Shown: positions 14,286-27,710 of the stretch, in pieces
How the letters are laid out: each line of letters begins with the position of its first letter
Position numbering within the stretch: the stretch's first letter is position 1
DNA from: Vicugna vicugna
Taxonomy: Eukaryota
Length of the DNA: 64,000 bases
Direction of reading: 5' to 3'
Assembly (NCBI GenBank): GCA_013265495.1
Contig: MU058570.1
Span: 1-64,000, forward strand
The notes under the pieces: model-generated
Databases searched by the model: none
The model's input: the letters and a program-made list of their open reading frames with translations, nothing else
What the model was told of the DNA's origin: nothing
Made by a program: the position numbers and the translations under genes

Positions 14286-16429
14286 GCTTTTTTGTATGTT
14301 TAGATGATTGCTCGGTTGGTTTTGGTTCCCACATCTGAGTGATGGATTTGGGTAGATGACCTCTAGGCTCCCTTCCATTTCTAAGATGCTATGTGTCTTT
14401 GAATCTAAGTGATAACAGCAGTTTGTGTATTATATCCACACTATAATTTAAGTTTCTTGAAGCTAAATAGAGGAGACCCTTTGTCTTTGGGTCCCTCAAA
14501 GCATGTGGAATGGAGTGCTTGTATCATAACATATCTGTTACTGAAAATACAAGTTAGTTAATTAAATAAATGGCAATACCTCCAAATATCATAGCATTGC
14601 CCAGGGATACCTTCTTCATGAGAAGTGGAAAAGAGAGGCCATTCTGGGTGGCCATAACAGCTAACTGCATGGCTTAGTTGGTGGAGCACAGGCTGAGGTT
14701 CACCCCCAGCCTCCTTTCTTAGTCATGTGTTTTTGTGCAGAATCCAGCCTCTACGGCTGTTGGGCTGTGCACTACTGTGTTACATCCCCTTACCTCTCAT
14801 GAAGCCTGAGGAGTGCGCTCCCTCGCAGCTCCCCTGTAGATCTGCATGTGGGGACAGCTGCATGAGGGGACAGCCGTCCTGGGAAGCAGCATGACACTAA
14901 CCTAAACATCTAATCTACAGCCACAAAGAAATATACACCCTCCTCTGAGTTACTAGCAGAGATCAACGCCCTCATGCTTCCTACCCCTTTTCCCTGGGCA
15001 TCTCCAGAGGTGAAACCTCAGTGCCCATCACTGTTGACCTGGTGCTCTTCTGACCCAGTCCTTCTCTCACAGCCACATCACGGGACCCTGTGTAGCTCTG
15101 TCTTTGTAAATTGGCTTACTTCCCTTATCTTAAGCTTCTTCTCTTACCATTAACTGAAATTGAACTTCTCAAATTAGAGGATTTTTATTTTTGCTATTTT
15201 TCTTTTGTTTCCTCATATGCTGTTTCATTTCCTATTCCTGATTTCAGGATTAGGAGGTATTTTTGTTTTCTCTCTTGCTATGCATTGTCACATCAAGATT
15301 AATAGGCCTCCGTGCTCCTACAAAATCAGCTTATCCTCTAAGGCTCACATCCCCGCTGCATATAACACACAGCGGATACTAGTAGTGGCCTATGTATTAC
15401 TCATTCCTTTTTTCTTTCCAAAACAGAAAACTGATTGTGTATGGGGCAGCAAAATGCCCAGCTTTTTTTTTTTAAAACAATTAAAGTTAAAATTTCCCTT
15501 GAAGCTAAGATTAGCCGAGTCACATGGTTTTATCCGATGTGGTGGGAGCAGAAATCCTTGAATAGAATTTGCAGGAACTCACTTGAAAAGGAAGCAGACT
15601 CAGCTGGCTCTCCACTTCTGTCCCTCTCCTTTCCCTTCCTCCCCCCTGGGGTGACAACTTCATGCAGAATGCAGCATTTCTGTCGGCCTTTCACCTTGGT
15701 AACCGTGAGACAGGAAGCATGAGGGCTAAAGATGGTACAGAAAATGAGCACGGAAGGGAAAAATGAAAACGAGCAAGGGACAAAGCAAATATTTGAGTTG
15801 TTTGGCTCACGTATTGGTTGCCTTGTTGGCATATCTTCTGGGCAGATGGAATTCTTACAAAAACATGGAACTTTAAATGTTAGGTTTTGGTTTGCTGAGG
15901 CAAAATCTCCCAGTTTACTGAGGAAAGGCCACTGTTAGGTTATGAAAGATTTCAAAGTAAAGCAGAAAAGACTTGTAAAGCAAATAGAAGGCGGTTTATT
16001 GCCTGCCTCCTGCCTGTGTTTCCCAGTGTGTTCGGGGGCCCGCTGGTTCTGTAGGCTGTCAGTGGGTTTCTTGTCAAATAAACTTAGAAACAGTGTTTAA
16101 AACTAAATTAAACAATTCTTTTCACCAGAACATCTTAGAGCTTTAAAACTGTGCTGAAGTGGGAGTCAGGGAAGGATCCACGAGTTCACATGGGGATGGA
16201 TGGGCTGGTTAGATCAAGTGCTAGTGCCAGAGAAGCCAGCAAGTACCTTCAGACAAAATCTTTGCTCAGTGCTTGCGTACCAGTTCTTGTCGCTGCTTTG
16301 ACTGCTGTGTCCATTACCAAGTACATGGACATTGCTTGCTGGACCAACAGGTGTTTGAGTTTCACTGCAGAGTGAAAACAGAACAGACAGACAGTTGGGC
16401 TCATTCCATCTGGCTTTATTCTTCTTTTA

Positions 16430-17330
16430 TTCTCAAAAATCTATGCAAACAAAAATCGCTTAAAATTCAACAATAAGGAAACAAACAGCCCAATTTAAAC
16501 ACGGGCAAAAGATCTGAAGAGACCCCCTCGCCAAAGAGGATATACAGATGGGAAATAACTTTAGGAAAAGATAAGCTACCTCATACTAAAAACAGTGAGA
16601 TTAGAATGGCCAAAATTCAAACCACTGACAATACCGATGCTGAAGGAAGTACAGAGCAATGGGAACCCCACTCATTGCTGCTGGAGATGCAAAAAGGTGA
16701 AACCACTGTGGAAGACAGTTTGACAGTCTCTTACAGAATTAGACATTCTCCTACATATAATACAGCAATCATGGTCCTAAATATATGCCCAATTAAGTTG
16801 AAAACATCCTGCCACACAAAAAGCTGCATATTTGTACTTACACAGCTTTATTCATAGTTCCCTTTGTTGCCCTGGCAGCAACTAAGATGTCCTTCAGTAG
16901 GTGAATGGATAAATACATAAACCGTGGTACACTTCCAGTGGTGGAATATTATTCAGCACTAAAAAGAAATGAACTATCAAACCACAAAAAAAAAAAGACA
17001 TGATGAAATCTTAAATGCTTATTACTAAATAAAATAAGCCAATTTGAAAAGGTTACATACTTTTAATTCTAACTGGAAGACATACTGGAAAAGGCAGAAC
17101 TATAGAGACTGATGTGGGAACTCTCTACTTTGCACTCAAGTTTGCTCCAAACCTTAAAAGTCTCTAAAAAACGAAGTTTATTAATTATATATATATATAT
17201 ATAATTTGATTGTAACAAATGTACCGCCCTGCAGAGATGTGGGAACTCTCTACCTTGCACTCAAGTTTGCTCCAAACCTTAAAGGCTCTAAAAAAACAAA
17301 GTTGATTGATTTAAAAATATATATACAGAT
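16430..17330 (+). mobile_element. L1 3' portion (ORF2 end and 3' UTR) with a duplicated terminus
   Basis: gatgtccttcagtaggtgaatggataaa; terminal about 85 bp present twice (from 17111 and 17236). Confidence 0.85.
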
Positions 17331-18599
17331 ATTGATCTTATCAGTCATGTTTGCTGTCATAAAGAAGTCTATATGATTGCAAAATATTTCCCATATTGTG
17401 TGAACATTATTATAGACCACATCATCATCATTAAACACTCATCTGGGATAGGTATGCCTGGTAAGATTGTGAAAATACAAATACACTGATTAAAAAGCAA
17501 GCAAACAAACAAAAGCACAAAAAACCACTCATCTGTGTAAGGTGCCCTCCTAGGTACCATGCAAATGACTTTAATTAAAACAAATATAATCCCTACACCT
17601 TGAGAATCAAATTCACTCAAATAATTCTATCTTAAAAAGAAAATTCACTGATACTTTATGTTTTAAATTTAAAGAATAAATGGAACAGCTGGATCCTATT
17701 CTATTGACACCTTCATTGACCTTTATAAATTATCAAGTGTATAAGGGGAATCCTAAAGAACATTGATTCAACCAAGCTTACATTTCTCATTTGTTAATTT
17801 AAACTAGATCTGGTTATATATACTTATAATTTTTAGATATTCTTTATATGTGATGACTCAGGTCTTGGCCATGGATTTCAGTTACATTTTACCTTTATCG
17901 TTTAATTTTTAACTTTGTTTATTGCATCTTTTTATTTTCCAAATAATTATAAGTCAGTGTTTATACCCTTTTGATGAAAGTTTCTGTCTTGGTGTAATGC
18001 TGTATTTTCTTTTAATTCCTTACATGGTTTAGGGTTTTAGATTTATATCTTCAGTTCACCTGAAATTTATTTTTTGGATGGAATTTCTAAAGTGTTTTGC
18101 TAATTATCTTCACTACACAGCTTGTTAAAAAAAATATGCACCTGTTTTTCTGCAACATGAACATGTTGCTGCCTCTATCAGATAATAAGACTCAATGATT
18201 CAATCCCTCTTCCCCGCAAAACAGAACAAAAAACACTTATGCCTTTACACGTACGCCTTTTTTGGATGAAGAAACACTGGTCGCTGTAGAATGTCCCCTG
18301 GAAGCTGTCATCACTCAGCACTTATTTCACTTCAGGGAGGAGATATTTGGGGCCTAGAACAGAGCACTACTGATACCTTTTCATATACTTTTTCCTGTAA
18401 ATTATAATATTAAACAAAATCGTTATTGAAGACTAATGTTTGACATACATATATATACTAATTAAAACTATGAGTCTATAAAATGAGCATATTCTGTGGA
18501 ATGTTTCCTGAGCATGTTTGTTTGCTGGGACTTTTGTTTCTTTCTTTCTTTGCTTTACCGGACGTCTCTTTCCTGGGGTTAATGTCATTCCACAGAATT

Positions 18600-19000
18600 C
18601 ACTCTGGGAAATAACACTGGGAGAGGCACAGAACCTTGATGACATTGTTAAGACACTGATTAAAATAATCCTGAACCTGAATTCTACCATTGTTTGAGAC
18701 TTCTTACGTATGATGAATTCTTATTGCTTAAAACTGCTTGAATCAGGGCTTCTGTTCTTTGTAAAGGAAACCGACAGATGAGGACTCAGAGCCGGGTGCT
18801 GTGAGTAACAGATTCTAAGATGCTGAATGAGGTGTAGGAGGCTGGACGCGGGGCAATGTGCAACCCACTTCATAATGCTGGTTTGTGTTGACCATTTGTT
18901 GTGGATCTGTACAAGACAGATACAAGCTTATTCTAAAAGTAGCCAATTTGAAAAGAGAGGTGGGAAATGTGGCCTAGCTATCGTCTGCAGACCAGGAGGA
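18600..19000 (+). mobile_element. MLT1 (MaLR) LTR 3' part plus start of internal sequence
   Basis: ccttgatgacattgttaagacactg...cttattgcttaaaactgcttgaatcagggcttctgtt resembles the late MLT1 consensus. Confidence 0.6.
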
Positions 19001-19058
19001 CTGAGAGGCTGATCACTTGCAGGTATGCAAAACTGGTTAGAAAAACTGAATCTGGAAC

Positions 19059-19596
19059 CATGAGTTCTTAATCTGGTCTCTCTATATCTCAGGTGCTTTG
19101 AGGCTCTGATAACAAAATTCAGCACATGTGTGTACTTGGATGGAGAAAAAATTACATCGTTCTTTTCATTACCCCCTAACTGAAAATTAGTATTTCCTTA
19201 CATTATAAATGAAGATGAAACAAACAGACCAACCCACAGGTGGATTCTATGTGATTCCATTTGTCATCCATAGAATTGGGATACTTTTGTGTCATATTAT
19301 AGTTATTACAGATGTCTCAAAATACTATTTAAATGCTTAATTTGAAATTTCAGTAGACTCACTGCTAGATATTGATTTAATTTTAAGTATCCTAAATATT
19401 AATTTTCATGAATTAATAAACACCTATTTATCAGAAATACATTTTTAACATTTTCATAACTGTACGTCAATCTAATTTTCCTATAACCTCATACATTTTA
19501 TTTTATGGACTTAAAAACATTATTCCATTATTCTGTGTCTGTGAGCGTCATCAAAGTTCCAAAGGGGTTTGTGGCACAAAAAAGGTTAAGGGCGTT
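19059..19596 (+). mobile_element. hAT-Charlie non-autonomous element (Charlie4a-like)
   Basis: acttggatggagaaaaaattacatc...taactgaaaattagtatttcc; end tggcacaaaaaaggttaag. Confidence 0.75.
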
Positions 19597-19659
19597 TACC
19601 TACAGTAAAATTCATGAGAGAGGAGATGGGAAAACAGGAAATTTAGGAATGGGATTGTG

Positions 19660-20040
19660 GTAAATATGTACCTGTTAATTCCACCTTCTACAACAGTAGA
19701 GAATGTTCTTTGATTAGGGCCCAGTGCTAATCCCTCAGAAGAGTTCCTCAACCCATTCTTCTCATCTCTTGGTCTTTCTCTCTGGGTGTTGATACTACCA
19801 TCTAGATATCTTTCTTTTTTCATAAGAAATGGCTGTGTTTGTAGCTGAGTAGTTTTTTCAGCGTACTTTCAGCCTGTAGAAAGCTAGGGTCTCAGAGCTG
19901 TTTCATTTTCCATCGTCTTTGACCCTTCTTAGTATAATCTCATAGCAGCACTTCCTTAAAAACCTTGCAGGCTTTCTATGTATCAGGTTACAGTTCATTC
20001 CAAAAGATACAATCCATTCCCACCAACCCTTTTCAGACAG
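19660..20040 (-). mobile_element. MLT1-int (MaLR internal) fragment
   Basis: Minus strand actactcagctacaaacacagccatttcttatgaaaaa...cctaatcaaagaac. Confidence 0.6.
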
Positions 20041-20734
20041 GCTGCCCCCTACTTGGAGCAGCGAGTCAAGACAGTGCCTTTGTGATGCTTAGCGTCTCTT
20101 TTGCTTAGCTAAGAGAGTCGAGTGAGTATCATCTTACATCTTTTAAAGCATTTTAAGAAAGGGTTTTACAGTCTTGCCTTTGCTTTTATATGTACGCTGG
20201 GGGGCCACTTCTTACTTTGAGAAACTTACACTAGTTAAAGAGACTGGAAAGGCGGAAACGTTTCATTTTCTACCCCAATATATCCTGGGTCCATGTTTCC
20301 TCTGAATTCTGTTTGGAAACTGTTACAGCTTTACATTGTCTTTCTCTCTCCTACTTCATGCAGCTTAAAAGAAGTGATCATTTCAAACTTCTGCTTGGAA
20401 AACTTCTTAACCTTTCCTTGTGGCACTCAAGTTTTCACACAAAATACAGAATAATCCTAGTAAAAGCTCATGGCAGTGATCCACTACTAACTCAAATAGT
20501 GTTTTTGAGTGAGTTTTAAAAAGCTCTCTCTTCCTGAAGACGTTTACTGGCTTCTGATGGAAAACTGTAACAAATATACATATCTATGATGGCTACATAT
20601 GTGAACGGCAGCCCCTGAAGTTGTGCAATGCAAAATCGTATAACGATTCCCCTGGTTTTGTATTATTCCGTGCTCAAAACCTTCCGGTGGCTTCCCTTCA
20701 CATTAAAAAAGCAATAAAATTGAAAGTCCTTACC

Positions 20735-21600
20735 TTCTTGTATGCAGAATATATAAAGACATCCTACAAACTAATAATATAATCTGGCAAATTACTTGGA
20801 TAGACTCTCTACAAAGAAAGATATACAAATGGCCAATGAGCACATGAAAATATTCCGCATCATTAGATGTCAGAAAAATGCACATTAAAACTCTAATGAG
20901 AGTCCTATATACCCACTAGAATGGCTAAAAAGATAAAAGGCTGACAACACAAATGTTGGAGGGTGTGTGGAAAACCAGAACTCTGATATGTTGCTGAAGG
21001 AAATAAAGAAGGGTACAATTACTTTAGAAAGCCGTCTAGCTGTTTTGTTCCATTTAAAGTCAAAAATACACTTACCTTGTGACCCAGAAATTCCACTTTT
21101 AAATATTTACCCAAGAGTAATGAAAAGATATGTCAACATAATGACTTGTATGCAATAACACAGAAACTGGCAATAATTCAAAAAAAATTAATGAAAGATA
21201 AATAATTGTTGTATGTTCATATTGGAATGCTAATTACATAGAAGTAAAAAGAATAGACTAATAATACATGCAAGAACATGGATAAATTTAAAAAACATAT
21301 TGGGGAAACAAAGTCTTACCAAAAGAATGCATGCTCACTCTATGATTCCATTCAGATGAAGTTCTAGAACAGGTGAAATTAATCCACGGTAGAAAAAAAT
21401 TAGACTATATGCTTCAGGGGGCAGGATGGAGACTGGCTGGAAGTGGATATGGAGGAAATTTTAGGAATAATGGAAACATTCTATATTGTTTCTGAGATGA
21501 GGTTACATGGGTGAATATAATTATCAAAATGTATCTAATTGTCTACCTAAGATTTGAACATTTCACCTGTATATAAATTTTACCTAAATTAAAAAAGAAT
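20735..21600 (+). mobile_element. Old L1 3' end (L1MC/ME-like)
   Basis: gacccagaaattccacttttaaatatttacccaag; tatgattccattcagatgaagttctagaacagg. Confidence 0.85.
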
Positions 21601-22030
21601 CAGCGCCTGTCCGACATGATCTTTCTTCTGGCTTCCTCTCTGATCTCATCTCCTCCCACTTTAATACCAGCTCGGACCCACCAAATACACTCACCCAGGC
21701 TTTACACTTGCTCTTCTCTTTGCCTGGAACACTCTTCCCAAAGTATATTCATGGTTTTCTTTTTTGCTTCCTTCAGGTTTCTGCTCACCTGTCATCAGTT
21801 GAGAGATTCCTCTTTCAGAAATTATGTCTGTTCCTCAACTTCTCCTGACACAATATGACTTTATTTTTCTTCTATAATGCCTCCTGTTGTATTACTTGTT
21901 AATTTGTTCACCTGTTTTCTTTTCATACTAGAATGTAAGTTTAATGATGGTGGGGATTTTTGTTGTTGCTGTTCATCACTGTATTCCAAGTACTTAAAAC
22001 AATGTCTGGCACAGAATAGGCACTCAGAAA
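21600..22030 (+). mobile_element. L2 3' fragment
   Basis: ctctttgcctggaacactctt...aacaatgtctggcacagaataggcactcag. Confidence 0.75.
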
Positions 22031-22489
22031 TACATTGTCTTCTGGTCTAAACATCTCCAGGAGACTTTTCCCCATTGCTCTGAAATCTTTTCCAGTAAGA
22101 CTGCATCTTGTCTCTCTCTACAAGTGCTTCCCTTGCCTGCAGCACCTAGGTTTAAATTGTTTTCTTGTAATAAATGTATTCCTCCAACCCATGTTTCAGA
22201 CTATAGTTTTGCTAGTTTACTGTGTCTTCCAGGCAGGCGTGGGTGACACATATGCAGCTCAGGACCATGCGCTACATCTCCTCTCATTATTTGAATTCTA
22301 ATTCAGTTTGTGGCTAGAATCAGACCACTAAGTTGTTGATCCAATTCATTTGTTAAATTAAAGTGAACAAAATGATCAGGCTGACCAGGTTTTAATATGG
22401 CCATTCAGTTCTTAGATGTTCAATTTAAGATAGAAAACATTGACACGAGTAAACATTCATGTATAAAAATAAGTTTAAAGTATTTGGCT

Positions 22490-22623
22490 CTTTTTTTTTT
22501 TTAATGAAGGGGAGGTAATTAGATTTCTTCATTGATTTCTGCTTGGAGCAGGTACTAGGGATTGAACCCCGGACCTCTTGGGTGCTGAGCATGCGCTCTA
22601 TCACTGAAGCTATACCCTTCCCC
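22490..22623 (-). mobile_element. tRNA-derived camelid SINE (vic-1-like)
   Basis: ggtactagggattgaaccccggacctc...gagcatgcgctctatcactgaagctatac. Confidence 0.85.
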
Positions 22624-22773
22624 ATTAAAATATTTGGAATAGAAAAGGATCTAATATTTCATTGGAGATGGAGGATTGGCCAGTGGCTATAATTGATGGA
22701 GAACTTTAGTTGACCTTCTGGGGATACAATTAATCATTATTAAGAAAATGAATGTCTGTATAAGAACAGTGCT

Positions 22774-22779
22774 TTTATT
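22774..22779 (-). terminator. Candidate polyadenylation signal AATAAA of the pseudogene
   Basis: tttatt on the + strand, about 130 nt downstream of the inferred stop codon. Confidence 0.4.
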
Positions 22780-22910
22780 AAGCATTGTATGCTACAGACT
22801 AAACTAGATGAATTATTTCTAACACACTGATCTCCAACACCTCAGGCTACTTCACATTTCATAGGGACCTCTGGAACCAAGGAAGTGGGACATTGAATTG
22901 AATTTCTCCA

Positions 22911-23023
22911 TTATGTAGAAAGATCCTTCTTGAAAAATAATAACTTGTCTTTAAAATGCTTGATTCCTGCTTTATAGGTGAGTTCTATTACAGTTTTGAC
23001 CTAAATATCTAAGTTAGTGGCTC
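22911..23023 (-). pseudogene. Probable terminal coding exon: ATNLDI*VKTVIELTYKAGIKHFKDKLLFFKKDLST-stop
   Basis: Phase 1 fits the previous exon; acceptor AG reads TG (tctgtcttcgtg|GA); TAA at 22911-22913. Confidence 0.5.
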
Positions 23024-23828
23024 CACGAAGACAGATAGTAAATCAAACATGGCATATTGTTTAAATACATCAGAAAAAAATGAACATTTTGGTTATTTTA
23101 TGGCATAAATACATTCTGTGCAATGTTAAAATGAAGTATAGTCATGGGCAACATTAGTGAATATCTGATTCAACTCAACCAACATTTTCCGAGCATGTGT
23201 TAAGCATCAAGCAACACATTATGAACACAAAGTGAGCCAGATGTTGTTCCTGTGCTTAAAAGGCACACAGGTGGAAGGGAGTTGTGAGATAAGGCAGAGA
23301 TATACATGAATGAGTATTATACTCATAGTCAAACTTTGAAGCACTCCATAATCAAATTAGCACACAATCAGAAAAGGCAAAGACAGGTTCTATTTTAAAT
23401 GTTTCACTTGAGTCTTTAAGACTTTGGACAGGTGAGGAATTTCAGGCAAGAGGGACATTATCATGAAATAAGGTGCACAGGCAAGCATATTGGTGGGATG
23501 GTAGCCTACTCTGATAAGAACCTGGAATTGGAAGGAAGAGATAATGAGATATGAGGTTGAAAAATCAAGCAGAAGGGAAGTTGATAAAGAGGGCTGAGGA
23601 GTTAAGGCTTTATCACATTTTCCATAGGAAACCGCTTAAGTTTTCTGACGGCAGTGGTGATGTGGTCACATCTGTGTAATGAAAAGTTACCTCCATAAAA
23701 GTGTGTTGGTTGGACTGTGGGAAGGAGAGAAGAAAGGCTATCTCTGCAGTTAGCTGCAGATCATGATGACTGGTGATAGTTCTACTATGTGCTACCAAAT
23801 AGTCTATGTTCAAGAGAGTAGAGATACA

Positions 23829-23987
23829 GGGGGAGGGGATAGCTCAGTGGTAGAGTGTGTGTTTAGCATGCACAAGGTCCTGGGTTCAATCCCCAGTACC
23901 TCCATTAAAAAGAACAGATAAATAAACCAAATTACCTCCCCCCCAAATTTTTTTAAAAGATTTAAATTTTAAAAAAATTAAAAAAAT
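23829..23987 (+). mobile_element. tRNA-derived camelid SINE (vic-1-like)
   Basis: A box tagctcagtgg, B box ggttcaatcc; 17-bp TSD aagagag(t/c)agagataca at 23812-23828 and 23988-24004. Confidence 0.9.
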
Positions 23988-24409
23988 AAGAGAGCAGAGA
24001 TACATTTGTATGAGTGCCTTTCTATATAGGAGGAGACATCTACACACACATACACACCCACACACACACCCACACCCATTAGTCTGGCAGAGAACAGCAA
24101 ATCTGAGAGACAGAATATTACAATGGTGAAGGACATGGGCCTTAGAATCAGACAAAAGCATGACAGTCTAACTGTATCACCTTCCTTAAGGTACTTAAAC
24201 TCTCTAATATAAAATGGAGCTAAAGATACTTTCTTTTCAGTTTTATTAAGCAATAAATATAAGAACGTATGTGAAGGATCTAAGATAGTTCTGGCCTATA
24301 ATAAGTATACACTAGCTGGGAGCTAACCTCACTACTGTTACCATTTTCACTATGTTTACCAATCTGAGACCCATCCCAAGGCAGTAAGTAATTAGGTAAA
24401 AACATTTAC

Positions 24410-24470
24410 CAGAAGCAGCTTGAGGTCTACAGTCAGGAAGATTAAACCCCATGCTCTCCATGACAATGGT
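24410..24470 (-). pseudogene. Exon remnant, about 61 nt: TIVMESMGFNLPDCRPQAAS(G)
   Basis: ctgcaag|...CTG|gtaaat; open; about 110-nt upstream intron; ends phase 1. Confidence 0.55.
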
Positions 24471-24581
24471 CTTGCAGTTTTAACAAAATAAGATCCATAC
24501 ACAGAACACAGAATCCTCCAGAGTCTGTTCCAAGTTCCATTCCCAGAAAAGACTTCAATGAGTAAATACTTTCCAACTCAC

Positions 24582-24713
24582 TTGCAGATTCGCTGTGTAC
24601 CTGCTAATTCATTATGCTGCTCTTGCTCAAGAATGATCTTCAAAGCGTGTAACACAGCAAAGTTTATCAACCATATTGTCCTCAACTTCTTCAAGTTTAT
24701 CCTGCAGCAGCTT
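24582..24713 (-). pseudogene. Exon remnant, 132 nt: KLLQDKLEEVEDNMVDK then, after a probable frameshift, FAVLHALKIILEQEQHNELAGTQRIC
   Basis: ctttctccatgagtcatag|...CAA|gtgagt; helical, coiled-coil-like translation. Confidence 0.65.
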
Positions 24714-26113
24714 CTATGACTCATGGAGAAAGCAAGCTACAAAGGTTATGAGTGATTTTTTTTAACTTTAAAAAAAAATAACAGAATTAAAAAAAAATTA
24801 GCAGACAGAGCAACATTTACAATGAGTGAAAAATAAAGCAAATTATAAACAGAAAAGATGAGGGGTGTAATTTGTCCTCAACTCTGGTTGTTGACTTACT
24901 GCATGCTTGTGCCACACAGAGAGCAAGCAACAAAACCTCTTCACTGAGGACAGTAATCCATGAGAGCAAAACTGAAGACCGAAGAATCTCAGAACTCAAC
25001 ACAATGGAGAATCAACCAGGGGGTTTAATTAATCAGAAGGCTCTCAGTATAACAACTCATCTATAACAAGTCCAATGACCTGGACGTGGAAGAAAGCACT
25101 GTCCCAGGCTCCGCTGGCACTGGTGAGCCCTGGTTCCAGAGTCGACATCTAGCCCTCTACCTCCCAACTGTCGCCTTCTTCTCATGCCCCATAGAGGCAC
25201 ACAGATCTTGGATTCACTTCCTCCTCCCTGACTCCCCTATTATCTAGATAGATGTGGGTGAGGGAGTGCTGGGGAGAGATGGTCTGAGAAATAAAACCTT
25301 AGACAACATTATTGGATATTCTCTGCTGAATAGATTTTCTCAAAATAGCAACAATGAAAAAAAATTTTATCAGCTAAAAATTCCTGAAATACATCAGAAA
25401 TTTTGTAGCTTTAAAAGTCTTCCAATATTTGGGGGTGGGGAATAATCTGCGGCCTTGCTCTTTTCACTCTCCTCTACCCACCTTATCCTCTCTGATAGTT
25501 TCTCGTGTACCATTAACTCTATTCACTCATCTGCCTATTGACTCCCAAGCATACCCTATACACTTGCTCAAGCAGTCTTGCCCAGAATTCTCTTTCTCCC
25601 CATGGTAACTTGGAGGAGTATTTCTTCTGAAGTTTCACAAAGTTCCCATCTCTTCCAAGGAGCCTTCCCAATTGCCTCTTTTTCTTTTTAAATATGATGA
25701 TAAGACTTTGCTTCTAACAAGTTAGCACTGATATCACTTTGATTTCACAATCATCTGATTCCACAAGGATTGTAAAATCCTAGAAATCAGGAACCACAAC
25801 TGTTATATTGTTGCATCTCCTAAAATGTTTGGTATAATGTTTATAGCACCAGTATTGAGAAGGCAAAGTCAAATTCTAGGCTTTACCATTAGCTTCCTGT
25901 GAGAGTTTAAGCACCTCATTTTACCTCTTAGAAACTCTGATTTCTCATCTGTAAAAGTGAGTATAATAATATCAATTTCAAAGGGGTGCTGTGAGCACTC
26001 ACTATGACCATATGTGTAAAGCACTTAAAACGGCACTTGACCCACTGCATGTGTTCAATAAATGATAGCTTAAACAATGTCTGTGCTCTGTATGGTGGAG
26101 CTGTAGTGATTAC

Positions 26114-26154
26114 CTTCTCCAGATAATGCATTCAAATGATGTCCTCAATCTGGC
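26114..26154 (-). pseudogene. Exon remnant, 41 nt: QIEDII*MHYLEK (alternative frame ARLRTSFECIIWR)
   Basis: cttttaattgcag|...AAG|gtaatc. Confidence 0.65.
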
Positions 26155-26312
26155 CTGCAATTAAAAGCAAAAGAGCCATTAGTGAGAAAGAGGACCTAAG
26201 CACTTAATGACAACTCTAATCTTCAGGAAGAACAGCTCTTCTCAAGTGAGATATTGTTATCAAACCCACTTGTCTCTGTGAGCAAGTTACTCTACAATGA
26301 GTCTAGGAACAC

Positions 26313-26358
26313 CTGCTTATTCTTCTGGGATTTATTGCAGTGATAAACTTTCCAAACA
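26313..26358 (-). pseudogene. Possible exon remnant, 46 nt: CLESLSLQ*IPEE*A(G)
   Basis: ttccattttccag|...CAG|gtgttc (weak donor); would restore phase into the QIEDII frame. Confidence 0.3.
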
Positions 26359-27181
26359 CTGGAAAATGGAACACTAGTTATCTGGATAATTTAAAGAGAA
26401 ATTTTGATGGGGAAAATGTCTTTTGCTGTAATCATGTGAATTGGTGGTTTCAGGGCTCTTCCCAGCCCTGCAATATGGTGCCATTCTTAGGCCATGTCTT
26501 TCTAACCATATTGTCTGAGACATGGGTGAATTTCTATCCCGGATCAATTCAGCATGTAATCAGTAACTATTCAGATTGGCTATCATGCAAACCTACTCAA
26601 TTAAATTGCATGTCACTCTACCATAACACTTCAAATCATCCATATGCCTCTTTGGTTATGGAAATTATATTGCATATTGCAATTGGATTGAAGTTTGTGT
26701 GTATATGTGTGTGTGTGTGTGCGTGTGTGTGTATCTCCTCTCCTGGAAAAATGGCCACTCTTTCCTGAGTGATCATGTTGTATATTACACACAGTTCTGT
26801 TACACCACCACCAACACATTATTGCTCCTGCGGGGTGCAGGCAACAACTAATATTTTTTTCATCTTTTAATCCTACTCTTGGAGCCTAGCACAAAGCTGG
26901 TCCATGGCACAGGATCAACAAATGTTTATTCTTTCAATTAATTCATTTTCTCAGCTGTCCCTACTCCGTCACCCAGTTGCTCTGGGACATTAAGCATATC
27001 ATGTCTCTGGGCTATGCATCTGTTTCCTTCATGGAAAAAGGAGTTGAATCTCTGAAATTCTATAATTTTATGAAAACAAAGAAACAGAAACAAAAGAGAC
27101 ATTAAATACAATAGGTGTGTCCCTAAGGGCACTCAGATATGTGTGCACGACAATTCTGGTGCTCAGCTTTGCAGATCTCAC

Positions 27182-27237
27182 CTTCTTCCCACCCATATTT
27201 TCTCCCTTAGTACAGAGAGTGACAAAGTTAGTAGGAG
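27182..27237 (-). pseudogene. Exon remnant, 56 nt: PTNFVTLCTKGENMGGKK
   Basis: tttttatctcag|...AAG|gtgaga; phase 1 to 0. Confidence 0.65.
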
Positions 27238-27710
27238 CTGAGATAAAAATCACCTTGTTTATTAGATCTGGGTTAGGCCAACAGGCCCCCAAAACACACA
27301 GAGTCAGATCTGCCTTGGCTTTAGTATGGTTAGAGCGAGTTACTGGACCTTACGCTTTAATTTTTTAATGAACTTACTAGTCCCAGGGATCAAAGACTTC
27401 TGTTGTTTATCTCTACTCTTTTAGTTTAATGACTTCTGACGCTCCATTAGGGTGTCCTAAGGACTCAGGTGGAGTTTTGATTGCCATTCAACATGAGATG
27501 ATAGAAAACTCACCAGGCTCTATAATGTCCTACTATGAACCTAAGAGGGGACGGGGAACAGCATTACCCTTGTTTAAAGTGAGCCATCCCTAATCCTTAT
27601 TTAGAGAAGCTGTTCTGGCACTGCTCAAGCAGAGAAGCAGAGTTTACTCAAAAAATTAGGGAAAAGCATTTCCAGGAAAAAGAGAAGAAAAAAAAAAAAA
27701 CACAACCTGC

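Noticed and set aside
18433..18690. ORF MVEFRFRIIL... as a possible last exon
   Set aside because: Its acceptor and 5' part are within an MLT1 LTR.
19672..19873. Exon-like segment / ORF MKKERYLDGSINTQRERPRD...
   Set aside because: Matches recalled MLT1 internal sequence and lies beyond the inferred terminal exon.
22050..22145. VLQAREALVERDKMQSYWKRF... as a possible exon
   Set aside because: Poor pyrimidine tract, resembles MaLR internal sequence, and lies downstream of the poly(A) signal.
23829..23905. tRNA gene
   Set aside because: The tRNA-like head is followed by a SINE tail and TSD and occurs in six diverged copies, so it is a SINE.
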